Of a stretch of DNA of 64,000 nt, positions 1 to 13,050 are shown one piece after another (position 1 is the first letter of the stretch; each line of letters starts with the position of its first letter). Source of the stretch: Takakia lepidozioides (taxonomy: Eukaryota; Plantae; Bryophyta); contig CM060731.1 in the NCBI GenBank assembly GCA_030704615.1, positions 15,376,001 to 15,440,000 on the forward strand. The letters run 5' to 3'. The notes beneath the pieces were generated by a model. It had not been told where the DNA came from. It was given only the letters and a program-made list of their open reading frames with translations, and did not search any database. Made by a program: the position numbers and the translations under genes.

Positions 1-3000
1 AGTCCCATGGGTAAGGTCCAGAATGCATCTACACAAAGCTTGGCTGGCATGATTATAAGACTTCTGGTAGGATACTCAGGTAAGTTCCAACCGTGCCCAC
101 TGTATCCTACATGTGGAATGTAAAGTCTGAATGTTGATGGTCATTATTGGCTCAAAATTATGAGAATATTAGCATTTTGTTGAGTGATTGTTCCAATCGA
201 CAAAGAGCTTTGTTGGTAACATGTAGTGGTAGTCTGTACAGAATCCCATGGCACTTTTGATGTAAGAAGTTAAAAGAGCAGTAGCTCACATTTTAAATGG
301 AAAACTGTGTGTGTCATGCATTGTTGTGAGGTTCTCAGGGCTAGTATTTCAACAAATCTGGTGGTGACCTGCACACTGAGCACTGCTGCTTGGTGGAAAA
401 CTATGCATCCTGTCAGCCTTTTGTTGTTGTGCAGGGCGTCTTCCGTCCTCCTGCTCAGAACACCAGTTTATATATCTTTTATACTCATAATTGAACAGAA
501 TTACGAATATATCGAGCTTCTTAGTCATCTTGAGTTGAGGTAGTAGTCTTTGTAAATTTGTGAAGCTCCAGGCAGAGAAGTGGTCGTGACCTGGGATGGC
601 CTAGGCTGATGGTGGGAGCCCAGGGCCGTTCGCTGGAGGGGGCCGGAGCCTCTCAACTCCACATTAAGTTCTGCACTCTCTACACTGACAATTCATAATC
701 CTTAGGACCATGCCAGACGCTCCTGAAGGTGGAACAGAGAGTAGGTTGTCAGCCTTTGTATAGTAGGATGAAGCCAGCTGGGAAAAAAGGAACCCGTTTT
801 CCCCATCTGTGGGAATAAAAGTGAGGACACATTTCTGATGGGGTTGAATTGCTACTCTTCTGAATATCTGAGTCAACTCCGCGACGAATGAAAGTCGAAG
901 ATTCAGCCATTGGCACACTTGAAGAGGGCCCTACTGGCACTGAAGAGTAATAGTGCAATCAGATGAGACTGACTACCAACATCAACCTACGTTGGTGGAA
1001 AAAAGATGATTCAATGGGAGGCTCGGCCCAGGAAAATGCACTGTACAATCACATGCCTACCACCTCTGGAGTGCACTTGGTGTGTGCTCTATTTGGCTAT
1101 GATCTACGGACATTTTCGCTAGGGGGATATCATCAGCTCAGTGCAGTATGAGTACAACTGGAGGAAGAAACAGTGTGGGGAAAAGCTTCATGTGACAAAA
1201 GACATTTTCCACATTATGATTTGCAAGTGATTGCAGTTTCCCACCCTTCAGTTGTACTTCTCAACAGCATCAGGTCCAAGCATCATGCCATATCAAGAGC
1301 ATAAAGAGAAATGTATTTACATAGAGCCTCAGAAGTCTGATGCATCCACTGCAGGACAGGTTTTCTCTGCGAGGCCTGAAAATTGAAGGGTTATTTGGCC
1401 GCAGGGGCGTGAAAGGTTGACTAGTGGGCTGGGGAAGGTATATGGGAATTTCCTTGCTGCATGATGTCAAGATGTAATGTATAGGCAGTGAGTGGAGGGC
1501 ATTCCCGGATTTAAGGGCCTGACGCCGAGTGCGGTTGCCCCAGGGGAAGGCCGGAAAATCCGGGAATGCCCCCACACAAGGGGTACCCTGCGTACAGAAA
1601 TGCCAATTTAAAAAACTAATGTCTGGTGCATTCTGCATTACGGAATGCACTCGATGGAGCTGATGGGGTGCAACCCCATGAATTTTGCGTTTTAATGGCA
1701 CGATAAATGCAAACAATTTTTTTTTGCAGTGCTTTACAGCAAGATGTATTTTTACCATTTGTTCATGAAAATTGTGTCATTCATCATGGGCCGTAGGATT
1801 AATGATAATATATGACTTATAATGTTGTATAATTCATGGATTTCTTGGCAGATCACTATTGCTTTGTTGGCGTGCCCAAAGGCAGAGACTATGGGTTCTC
1901 CCTATTGTCATGGGACCAGCTTTTCACGGGACCAATCTTTGTTGGATGAAATACATTATCAATTTATGGGTGAAATACAATTAAAATTGGATGAGTTTTT
2001 GATGGGTTGGTTTTTGATGAGAGGTTGTGGTGACAAGTCAGTGTTTATGTGGAAGTTCACCGAGTGTTTTGGAGAACATGCAAAATGCTAATTCTCTCCA
2101 TGGATGCAACCTAACTGTCTTGACGATCTACAACCATGCTGCCTTCAATCTTGAACACTCCTTATTCTATGTAGACCCATCTTGAGGGGGATACAGGTTG
2201 GAAGTAATTTGCAACCATTCATTTCAATCTACAACCATTGATATGGCGAGGTACACATGGAAGACAACACAAAAGAAGCATCCTTAAGCTGGCAAAGGAA
2301 GGCAGATGCCAATGAGAGACTGCGAAGACTTTTAATGTCCTTTTCTGATATGTTGACAGCAATGACATCATGGCAATCTGAGTGTTTGGGTGGACTAATA
2401 GGTGTATATTTGCTCCATATCGAAGGAAAGAACTTATGCACATGTTCACTGATAGAGATGTGGTCATTTGGCCTGTTGCAAATATGTCTATGTTTTAATT
2501 TCAGAGGATCTCTGGTATTGCCAAATGAGCTTCATTCTACATGCAAAGCAATAACTACATTGGTGCTATGATGTAATGATCAGTGTTCCAGTCAGTTGCT
2601 ATCTGTTCTATCAGCGAGGTGTTCTATATGGTAAGATATTATTTGTTTGTTATTGGGGTCAAGGAATATCCTTTGAAATTACACTTTGGCATATAATGCT
2701 TTAACAAGACAACAGTAGGATCAAAATCTTAGTGGAGAAGACAAATATAGTGTCCATTTAATTTTTGGTTGATGGTGCAACAAAAATTGATCAAATTAGC
2801 AAGAACTCAAAGCAACTACAAGACTTGAAGAATGGACTGGAAAAACTGATAGTTAGTTGGTAATATTTGGACTTTTTTAGTGTTTATATTATTTATTATG
2901 GGATTACAACTTACATTCTTGTTCAATCATTTTTCCCTCTAAGCAACCAAAGAATATCTTTACTGATAACAAAAACACCATTGGGCAATGTCAGTTAGTT

Positions 3001-4622
3001 AGTGTAGGTAAACTGTCCAGCACAATTCTAAGCTTTAAAATTCTGTAATTTAGATGCAGAAGCGAGCGATTAGGTCTCGTCATTGACTTTTCTTGGGAGT
3101 TTCTTGGTGTCTATGTTATGTGGTTTTAATTATGTTTAGGGTCTGAATCTGCTTCCGACAAGCCACTTAGGGATATGGGATATTGGTGTATGTGCATAGT
3201 TAGTTATTTACATTTGTCTTCGTTTGTGGTGAACAAACGAATGATTTTTTTCAGTTTCTATTTGTCTTCTTTATTTTTTCAAGAATGTTTTGTACTGTTA
3301 GGTTTAAATTATTTTGTAATTCATTCTGTAAATTCTTGTTCATTTATATAATATTAAAGTGAACATAGTTTGTTTCAAATTCTGTTTGTTTTGATGTATA
3401 TAGTTATTCCGTATGTTAATGTTTTGGTGGTCATCAAATCGGTTCGTATTTTTATATATTTACCATCAGCCATTTAAGCAATCAGCTATCAGCAATGGTC
3501 ACTTAATATTTGCTGAAGTGACAAAGCATAAAGTTTCATGAGCTCAAAAATGATTACATGTTAAACTTGTTTATTGATATGATCATTTATTGTTCTTGTT
3601 GCAAATTGCTTGACAGAGTATATAACATTGTGACTCAACTCTACAAGACTCCCTAAATAGCCTTATCAAAAAGATATATTAGTACAATGGGAGTTATTTG
3701 CATGTATCTATGTTTCCGAGATACCTTTTTCAAACTTTGGACCGGCTATGACCGGTTAGAGCCCGTCATCCAAGTGTGTAATCAAAATGTCACACATACG
3801 CAGATTCAAAATACATACGTTAAAAATTCATGATCCAACCTTGTATACACACACTTGTCATTAAATTTCAATGGCATTTCATCCTTAAACATTAATCATC
3901 ATGTTTAATGTGTCCAAGAACAGTAAACGAAGCCCAAACCTACAATGACCTTCTACTAAGAGTCTCATTTCCATGTGGGGGGAGCTGACTGCAAATTTAC
4001 TAGGAGTTCATCATGCGCTTGGAAAAAATAGCCTAGTCTCCTCAAGCATGTCCTCAATCCTATGGAGCTCTGCGGCCGGGTCATAATTTTGGATTTTAGT
4101 GTGACATGGTAGAGGAGACCACCTAGTAAGTGCGAAAGAGTTGTAATCAGGTGAGAGAATCCAATCTAGACTGCAATTGTAAATGTGGGTTGCGATGGCT
4201 GAAAAAATACACCTACATAATGATGAGACTGTTAGTGAAACACAAAATTTTGCAGAAGATTGTATATGGTATATAGTATGGAGCGCCACAAGGGTTGGTT
4301 ACATGATGAACTTACAAACATGAATTTCCGTGCCAATACTTATCCCATGATTGAATGAGCGCATCGGTCACAACAGCTTGTCAAGTGAAAAAAATGTAAT
4401 CACAAAGACAAATTTTGCTGACGAAACCCAAATTTATGCTTTGGACAAGAGCTTGAAAGGGAGAAACCAAAAAAAAAAAAAACCCCAAACCCAATTTTGC
4501 TGACGAAACCCAAGTTTGTATTCATGTGAGTTCAACTTTGGACACTCTTAGCTACAATGAGTTAATACTGTCGAATAATGAGATACTGCACATGATGTCC
4601 TATTATTTTGCCTTCATTGCCT

Positions 4623-5085
4623 CTTATGTGGGTGTTTCATGGACTTCCCGCAAGTCTTCTAATCACACAATAAAGTGTTTTTATTTTTATTTATTTAAGA
4701 GATAATATGAGAACTATGGGGTGTTGACGCCCCACATAATTCATGGACCTCCCGCAAGTCCTCCAATGACACAAAAAAAACAAAAACAACACTTATGTGG
4801 GCGTTGATGTCCACATAATTTGTGAACCTTCCACAAGTCCTCCAACGAAAAAAAAAAAAAAAAAAAAAAAAAAAACCAAAATTTCAGAAAATAATAATTA
4901 TATAAAATTTGAGGACTTATGTGGGCGTTGAATCCCACATAATTCATGGACCTCCCGCAAGTCCTCTAATGACCCCGAAAAAAAAAACAAAAAAAACAAT
5001 ATATATATATATATATAAAATGTGAGGACTTATGTGGGTATTGACACCCACATAATTCGTGGACCTCCTACAAGTCCTCCAATGA
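4623..5085. repeat. Array of ~5 copies of a ~58-bp palindromic unit separated by A/T-rich spacers
   Basis: Unit cttatgtgggcgttgacgcccacataattcatggacctcccgcaagtcctccaatgac recurs at ~4623 (partial), 4712, 4790, 4912 and 5024. It contains the hairpin tatgtgggcgt/acgcccacata. Confidence 0.85.
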
Positions 5086-5965
5086 TGTTATAGCTTTTTC
5101 GAACAATTTTGTTGTTATGAAAAAAAACCTTCATGCCAACCATTTGAGGTTTCACAAAATTTACCACGTGTTTTGCAGTCTACAGTTGCTTTGTCCAAAT
5201 TCCAGAGGATGTCTTCGAGGATTGGAAGAAAAAACATTATGCGTTTGCAACTTTATTTGTGTTCAAATGGAGGGGCATCTATGGACTGAACTTTATATGG
5301 TATCCTCACAAGCATAGTGTAGTTGCCTGTCTAAACACCGGCTGCTGATAGAATCCCTAGTGTTGCAGTCATCATTGTAGAAAACAAAAGGGTTTGGCAG
5401 ACTGCTGTAGCCACCCATCAACATACTAGTAGTGTAGGGTCTCACTTGAAGGTCTCACTTGAAGGGTCTTGGGTCTTGGCTCACATGGTTATGTTTGTTC
5501 GGTATGGGAGCACCTAGCATGATCATTTAAGAAGAGCCAGTTGATGGTGTGAAAGGTCATATGATGTTGCTTAAACTTCACTTTCTAGAGGACCACAGAC
5601 CGGACATGAGTAGAAGCTTTGCGTAGGGAGGGGTATTTCTTTCCATGTGGTCCCTTGAAATTAATGGCGGTCGTGGAAGATGGCTCAGATTTAGTTGTCT
5701 GAGTGTGTCAATTGGGTGATGCAGGTGGTTGGTGGCTGAAGTGCCCAAGGTCAGGATCTTCACTTGTGCTTTTGAGATATGACTGGACTCTTCTGCAAAA
5801 TCAATAGAAAAATGAAGGGCCAGATGGAGAAGGGTGGGTTTGAGGATGAGAAGTGGGAGCAACAGTATGTCCAGCCTGTGCATATGGGTTCCCTGCAACA
5901 ATGACAAGGTTCCTCAAAATCGGCAAATGGGAAGGATGTGGCTTGCAAGAACCAAAGCTTTACTC

Positions 5966-7613
5966 TCCCTTAGTCTCTTGCCCTTCGTAGTATTTCCTGC
6001 AACAAAAGAAGGTGAAGTGGCATCACCTGGATGCATCAGAGCCAACCAACAAACCAACAGGTTAGTATCCCTGTGGAACCCCAGGCTTAAACCACTTCAC
6101 ATTTGTTGTCAATGTCATCCTTGCAGCAGGTCATACTAGCAAAGAAAGGAGAGGTAAGAGAGGTCCTTTCAGCCATTCCAGTCAACAATAGGTACACATC
6201 TTAGCAGCACCTATTTCAACCCATGCTCCAGAGGGAAGGGGGGGGGGGGGATGTCATGTCTGTAAGCACCCAATCCCAAAAGGAATGTGTTACTAGAGCC
6301 AAGGACTCAAGCAAGGGGACTCATAGATGCCTTTGGTTTGCAAAAGTATCATAGAGTCAAAGTAGAACTTATTCAAGTCTGTGTAAGTTCCTCGTAGTGT
6401 TGCCATACAAGGAAACCCTTCAAAGTGTTTAAGGAGTCTGAATGGATGCCTAGCTTGTAGCTACAGTTCAGCAGTAAAGGTAGTCAGCTCCTTCAGCTCT
6501 TGCCTGCTCCTCTTCCAAGTGAGAAGAGTGGTCAGGCTTTCTAACTGTACAGGGCAGCACCCTCCCGCACATGGACATATGGTGTGGGTAGTAGGTTCGC
6601 ATCTTAGTAAAAGAGCTTCAATTAAAGAAGCTATAGGGGAAGGTCTCCGTAATTCATGATGTGTTGGGCCCTGTAGCGGCAGCATACTAGAGGATATGTG
6701 TACACCTTCTACATGATTCGGTCAATGTACATTGCTCTCTTTGGCTGGTCTACAGTAGCCAATGCCTTGTGTCTGAATTAGGAAACCCTGAAATTGAGAG
6801 GCTTGAGGATTTCTCTCGCTCTCTCTCTCTTTCCCTGAATGTCAATGGCCACAAGGCTACGGCAAACAACATCTTATGAGTACAATCTCTTTCCCTGAAT
6901 AAGGCAAAGATCTTTGTAACAGCATTCAAGAAATACCTGATTACGTTTTTCTGTTCAGAACTTTTTGCCTAGAACAGAACTGGAAACAGAGAACAGGATG
7001 ACCCATTAGGGTGCTGCCCTGTACAGTTAGAAAGCCTGGCCACTCTTCTCATTTGGAAGAGGAGCAGGCAAGAGCTGAAGGAGCTAACTACCTTTACTGC
7101 TGAACTGTAGCTACAAGTAAGGCATCCATTCAGACTCCTTACACACTTTGAAGGGCTGACTTGCATGGCGACACTACGAGGAAGTTACACAGACTTGAAT
7201 AAGTTCTACTTTGACTCTATGATACTTTTGCAAACCAAAGGCATCTATGAGTCCCCTTGCTTGAGTCCTTGGCTCTAGTAACACCTTCCTTTTGGGATTG
7301 GGTGCTTACAGACATGACATCCCCCCCCCCCCCCCCCCCGGCCTTCCCTCCAGAGCATGGGTTGAAATGGGTGCTGCTAAGATGTGTACCTATTGTTGAC
7401 TGGAATGGCTGAAAGGACCTCTCTTACCTCTCCTCTCTTTGCTAGTATGACCTGTTGCAGGGATGACATTGACAACAAATGTGAAGTGGTTTAAGCCTGA
7501 GGTTCCACAGGGATACTAACCTGTTGGTTTGTTGGTTGGCTCTGATGCATCCAGGTGACGTCATTTCACCTTCTTTTGTTGCAGGAAATACTACGAAGGG
7601 CAAGAGACTAAGG
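5966..7613. repeat. Long inverted repeat (arms ~5966-6561 and ~7010-7613)
   Basis: ctaactgtacagggcagcacc (6541) is the reverse complement of ggtgctgccctgtacagttag (7010). The match continues through the G-run/C-run to cccttcgtagtatttcctgc / gcaggaaatactacgaaggg. Confidence 0.9.
6841..6885 (+). mobile_element. 45-bp, extremely 5'-truncated LINE 3' tail with 15-bp TSD
   Basis: gtcaatggccacaaggctacggcaaacaacatcttatgagtacaa matches the 3' end of the RT-encoding LINE at 32070-33965. It is flanked by tctctttccctgaat at 6826-6840 and 6886-6900. Confidence 0.85.
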
Positions 7614-8684
7614 AGTGACATTTTGCTATGCACCTATTGGCGTCCTTGTGTTGAACTCTCCCAAATGGCAACCTTAGCTCTACCTCTAGGAGCATTACCG
7701 TCTCGTCCTTAGCCACTGTTGTTTCCTTGTTATTGGCTTGGACATAACTTTGGATGCAAGTTGTAACAGTGGCCCATGTCATGACCGGGCTTTTGAAGGA
7801 ACATGCATTTTTCCATATTCAAAACATTGGTGCGAGTAATGTGCCAGAAACCCATGTAATTCTAGTGATTACCAGATTTGCTAGCAACAGCTACAAAGGT
7901 TCTGAGAGGTAAAAAGAGAGTGGAGTAATCTAGTTCTTGGGAAATATGAGAAGTGAGCTCAGCTACTTTCAACAGAGATTTTCACTTTCTGGAGACATTT
8001 CCAGGGACACTTGCACTCTTTACTGCCTTTGGCAAACCACTTTGGTGGTGTTCACAAAATACATTTCTTTCTCTCTCCATTCCTTATTGAGGGACACACA
8101 TGTGTAACTTCAGCACAACCCTCAACAAAAATTTGAAAGGAAATGTGCACTGCATGTCTCAATACTTGACCGCACATCATCCAAAATGCAAGGATGCCTA
8201 GCTGCTGGCAGCCCTGCATATACCAACACACAAACTTAACCTCAGGAGACATTGCACAACATTGTTGGGAAGGATGACCAAACCCCCCAGCCCCAAGATG
8301 CTGCTGGCACTGGCACTTATATCTCCTCTGCACGGTGGAGTGAATGGAAGAGAGCTGCACTAGCACGAATTCCAGAGCGTGCCAACCTGTTAACCACTGC
8401 AGGCATTGTTTGCAGTATGTATCACATGGAGGAGAAGATATGCAGTGACAAATATTTTCCCCGTCGAGGGATCACCAAATGCAATGCAGAAATAGTGGAT
8501 GCCATCACATCCTTATATCCATGAGCATGTTGTGTTAAGCCCCTGGAATGTGTAAGGCATCCCAAAGTGGAGAGTGGGACGGGTTTTACTCAATCAACTA
8601 TCTCATTCAAACTGGCACAGCATATTCTCTTCAGGCTTGCATATGTTTGTGGCTGAGATAGAAGAAAGGACCAAGAGATCCTAC

Positions 8685-10105
8685 CAATGCGAACCACTCC
8701 CTTGGGATCATCTTGTGCAGCTGACATTGCTTGTAAAACCTGCCTAGTCCAGAATATGTCGTGATAAGAATCTACATTACAAACTCATGAATACCAACCA
8801 TATCTAAGGACAACACTTGGAGGGGTTATAAACTTTTCACAATCCTCATACAGAGTGTCTTTCACTTCTATAAATCAGAGAGAACAAGAATGTCATCATA
8901 AAAAGCAGCACCAAATACCCAGCTTAGTTCATCCTTATAACACAGGGTGTAACACTTCTTTAGGCAAATTAGAACTGCGTTGCATAGAGATTTGAGAGAT
9001 GAGAATTGCATAGGAAACTGTTTAATGACAGAAGTCAACTGAAACACCTATCAGGAAACTCCGTCCAGAAGGGAGTCCAGAAAGGCTGTTCCTGACCTCC
9101 AATATGAAATTGACTTAAGATGTGTTTTGATGTACTCAGTATTCATTCGAAATCTTTTAGAGAGAGATTCCCGTCAAGAAAGGAGTGACAAAAGGAGGTA
9201 GAGTACCCGCGAGCATAAGGCAGGCCCACAATGGCTGCCAAACATTGCAGCGATGTCTCCCGTATCACCTACACCAAATGTCGGAATTAGTGGAGTTGAG
9301 ATCTCTGTACCTACCCCTGCTTCCTTGTATCTACATCTCTTATTTGTGCACCTTCAATCGAGAACAGGACTGCATATGTTTCAGACCTCATATAAACAAT
9401 GGAGTCCAATGGTGATGTTGCGGTGTACAAAAGAGGATTCTGGGAGTGCAGCAAATTGGCTTAGTTACATGCCTAGTTTTCAGGAACTGAATCAGCATCT
9501 ATGTCAGTACAGACTAGCAACTCCATACAATTTAAAATGTAGCCAAATGGACGACGCACTAAAAGTTACAACTAAACTAGTGCAACTATAGAGTGCAATC
9601 TTATTGTGCTGCTAGTCACACAATCTCAGACCATCAACTTCACCATGTGTGGCACTGAGAAGCTTCCACCAATTTCCCAACAGACTTCATCTGCTCTTGA
9701 AACTAGGTGTAGATCACATGTCATCCTTGAAATTTGCTAATACTCATGGACATACCATTCTGCCAATCTTTGTACCAAGTTTCTGCCACTATTCTACAAG
9801 CAACAGGAAAGCTCAGCCATGATGTCAGCTAGCACTCAGCTGTTCATGAATTAAATGAAGATCCAACCTTGGTGCTGAGTTAATAAACCTACCCACTCAA
9901 CTACTCTAAAAAGCGTATGTGCAAGAATGCCTTGTAAGCAATGACATGTAAGCAATGACACTCCTTTCTTACTCTTTCAGGGAATACGGCCTTACAGCCT
10001 GATGTTTATGACTAGTAAGAAAATGCTGAGGCAACTTGTACCAATGAGTAGCCATATTGGATCAGTTCACTAAGCTCGATACGTGCTCGCCCACAATTGA
10101 CCTTC
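8685..10105 (-). pseudogene. MMS19/MET18-like C-terminal pseudo-exons
   Basis: AG-preceded segments 10105-10042 (GRSIVGEHVSSLV.., disrupted), 9268-9207 (VIRETSLQCLAAIVGLPYAR) and 8739-~8685 (VLQAMSAAQDDPKGVVR) follow, in order, the recalled plant MMS19 C-terminus (RETAxQCL..LPHAR..VL.A.S.ALDDPKR.VR). Confidence 0.65.
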
Positions 10106-10249
10106 CTGCAGACCTCACAACTGGTAAGACCTCTTGTTCTTACTACTTGCTTATGCTAGATAGTCACATTACCATCCTGAAAGCTTTGATGAATTAACAT
10201 GCAATCAGAAACACAGAGAGGGCATTTTTGCCTCATTCATGAAGTCAAG

Positions 10250-12310
10250 TTCCTGCAAGCCACAGCCTTCCCATTTGCTGATTTTGAGGAACCTTGTCAT
10301 TGTTGCAGGGAACCCATACGCACAGGCTGGACATACTGTTGCTCCCACTTCTCATCCTCAAACCCACCCTTCTCCATCTGGCCCTTCATTTTTCTGTTGA
10401 TTTTGCAGAAGAGTCCAGTCATATCTCAAAAGCACAAGTGAGGATCCTGACCTTGGGCACTTCAGCCACCAACCACCTGCATCACCCAATTGACACACTC
10501 AGACAACTAAATCTGAGCCATCTTCCATGACCGCCATTAATTTCAAGGGACCACATGGAAAGAAATACCCCTCCCTACGCAAACCTTCTAATCATGTCCG
10601 GTCTGTGGTCCTCCAGAAAGTGAAGTTTAAGCAGCATCAGATGACTTTTCACACCATCAAGTGGCTCTTCTTAAATGATCATGCTAGTTGCTCCCATACC
10701 GAACAAACATAACCATGTGAGCCAAGACCCAAGACCCTTCAAGTGAGCCCTTCAAGTGAGACCCTACACTACTGGAGTGAGCCCCTCGCAAAGGTAGTGC
10801 CTGTGTTCCCAAACTGGTTACAAGGTCTATGGCCACAAGGCTACGGCAAACTAAGTCTTATGAGCACATTCTCTCTCTTTGTGTCTCTCTCTGTCTCTCC
10901 TCTCTCATGAGGAGACCGAAGCATCTATTTTTTCTGTTGATAGGGACAAAGGCCCTGATATACTGATAAGAAAGAGAGGAAGGGAGGGAGACAGAGAGAG
11001 AGGATGTACTCATGAGGCTTTTTTGCCGTAGCCTTCTAGCCATAGACCCCCCCGCACATGGACATATGGTGTGGATAGTAGGTTCGCATCTTAGTAAAAG
11101 AGATTCAATTAAAGAAGCTATAAACCAGAAAATGTGAAGGTTTCACAGAACAGGGGAAGGTCTCCGTAATTCATGATGTGCTGGGCCCTGTAGCGGCAGC
11201 ATACTAGAGGATATGTGTACACCTTCTACATGATCACCTATTTGTTGACTGGAATGGCTGAAAGGACCTCTCTTGCCTCTCCTCTCTTTGCTAGTATGAC
11301 CTGCTGCAGGGATGACATTGACAACAAATGTGAAGTGGTTTAAGCCTGGGGTTCCACAGGGATACTAACCTGTTGGTTTGTTGGTTGGCTCTGATGCATC
11401 CAGGTGACGCCACTTCACCTTCTTTTGTTGCAGGAAATACTACGAAGGGCAAGAGACTAAGGGAGAGTAAAGCTTTGGTTCTTGCAAGCCACATCCTTCC
11501 CATTTGCCGATTTTGAGGAACCTTGTCATTGTTGCAGGGAACCCATACGCACAGGCTGGACATACTGTTGCTCCATTTTTCTGTTGATTTTGCAGAAGAG
11601 TCCAGTCATATCTGAAAAGAGCGGTGCACAAGTGAGGATCCTACCTTTGGGCAGGCTATCGCGTACTTCAGCCACCAACCACCTGCATCACCCAATCGAC
11701 ACACTCAGACAACTAAATCTGAACTATCTTCCACCGCCTTTAATTTCAAGGGCCACATGGAAAGAAATACCCCTCCCTACGCAAACCTTTTAATCATGTC
11801 CGGTCTGTGGTCCTCCAGAAAGTGAAGTTTATGCAGCATCTTTTCACACTATCAACTGGCTCTTCTTAAATGATCATGCTAGTTGCTACCATAACGTACA
11901 AACATAACCATGTGAGACAAGACCCAAGACCCTTCAAGTGAGCCCTTCAAGTGAGACCCTACTATATTGGAGTGAGCCCCTCGCAGAGGTAGTGCCTATG
12001 CTCCCAAACTGGGCACAAGGTTTATGGCTACAAGGGTTCGGCAAGCTAAGTCTTATGAACACATTCTCTCTCTTTGTCTCTCTCTCTGTCTCTCCTCTCT
12101 CATGTGGAGACCGAAGCATCTATTTTTCTGTTGATAGGGACAAAGGCCCTGATATTTTGATTTAAGAAAGAGAGAAAGGGAGGGAGAGAGAGAGAAAGAA
12201 CGTAGTCATGAAACTTAATTGCTGAACCCTCTTAACCACAGACCCTCCCCCCAGTTTGGGCGGAAATACAGGGAACAAGCGCTACCTTTGTGAGGGACTT
12301 ACTCCAGTAT
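10250..12310 (+). repeat. Diverged local duplication (~10250-11045 vs ~11478-12250), each copy ending in tail-to-tail LINE 3' ends around (TC)n/(GA)n
   Basis: Near-identical blocks also occur inverted at 5432-5950. 11050-11235 copies 6560-6716, and 11236-11460 copies ~7388-7615. Confidence 0.8.
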
Positions 12311-12712
12311 GCTAGCTCTAGTTGATGTGACAGGATGGTACCAAACAGGATCCTCTCCTCAGTTGTTATCTGCCAGACACTCTACATCCAACTTTGGTGT
12401 TGGAACATCTTTGCAGGGGGCACTGTGTAGTTTGTGGGCTCTAGGACACCTGAAGATTCCAGGAAACATATAGCAAACGGGTTTCCCATTTTGTATGCCA
12501 TATATTCACTGTGATAACTCCTACAGGTTTCTTAAGACCTACACAGTTCCAAAATTGAAAATAAGTCAAACCATCATGCTACAACCTATATTTGAAGTCT
12601 CACATCAATTCAAATCTTGTTTACAGCTTAGTAGATTGAAAAATAGTGACATCACCCTGATTGTAGGAATGATCTTAAGCCTTCTAAGTACACATCAGGA
12701 GAACATGTTTAC

Positions 12713-13050
12713 CTCATGGGGAAGCCGGCCAAGCTCAGCCTTGAAGACATCGCAAACTTGATCATAGGTAGAGACAGGGCATTTGTCCAGCATGGAAGAG
12801 CGCATGATTTGCATATACTCTTGTGGCAGCAAGTAGTCCTACCCAAACACAACCAATCCAAAGAAACTTGCTGGCCAAGCTTGATGTATATACCCCCATT
12901 TTTTAAAAGAAGAGCTTGTGCCAACACATATACCCCCATTTTTGAAGCAAAGAGCTTGTGACCTGTTGGCACACCAGAGATGCACCTCGTGATTTGCCTG
13001 TTCTCTTTCCATGCTCCCAAGTTGTAAGCCATACAGGGAATACTGGTAAT
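12713..13050 (-). pseudogene. ABC1/ADCK1-like atypical kinase (ABC1K15-like) N-terminal pseudo-exons
   Basis: 13050-~12868 reads DYQYSLYGLQLGSMEREQANHEVHL..LCFKNGGI / NGGIYIKLGQ, frameshifted by a ~35-bp tandem duplication. 12838-12713 (AG..GT bounded) reads DYLLPQEYMQIMRSSMLDKCPVSTYDQVCDVFKAELGRLPHE. No later ABC1K exons were found. Confidence 0.8.

Noticed and set aside
1-543. Possible terminal exons of an upstream gene (GT at ~80, AG at ~434)
   Set aside because: No recognisable protein in any frame.
1450-2650. Possible decayed hAT transposase
   Set aside because: Only vague motif resemblance, with no TIR/TSD pair found.
4623-5085. CRISPR-like repeat-spacer look
   Set aside because: The spacers are poly-A/AT of variable length, there are no cas genes, and the context is eukaryotic.
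7750-8600. Additional captured gene fragments
   Set aside because: Splice-like signals are present but the translations could not be assigned to any family.
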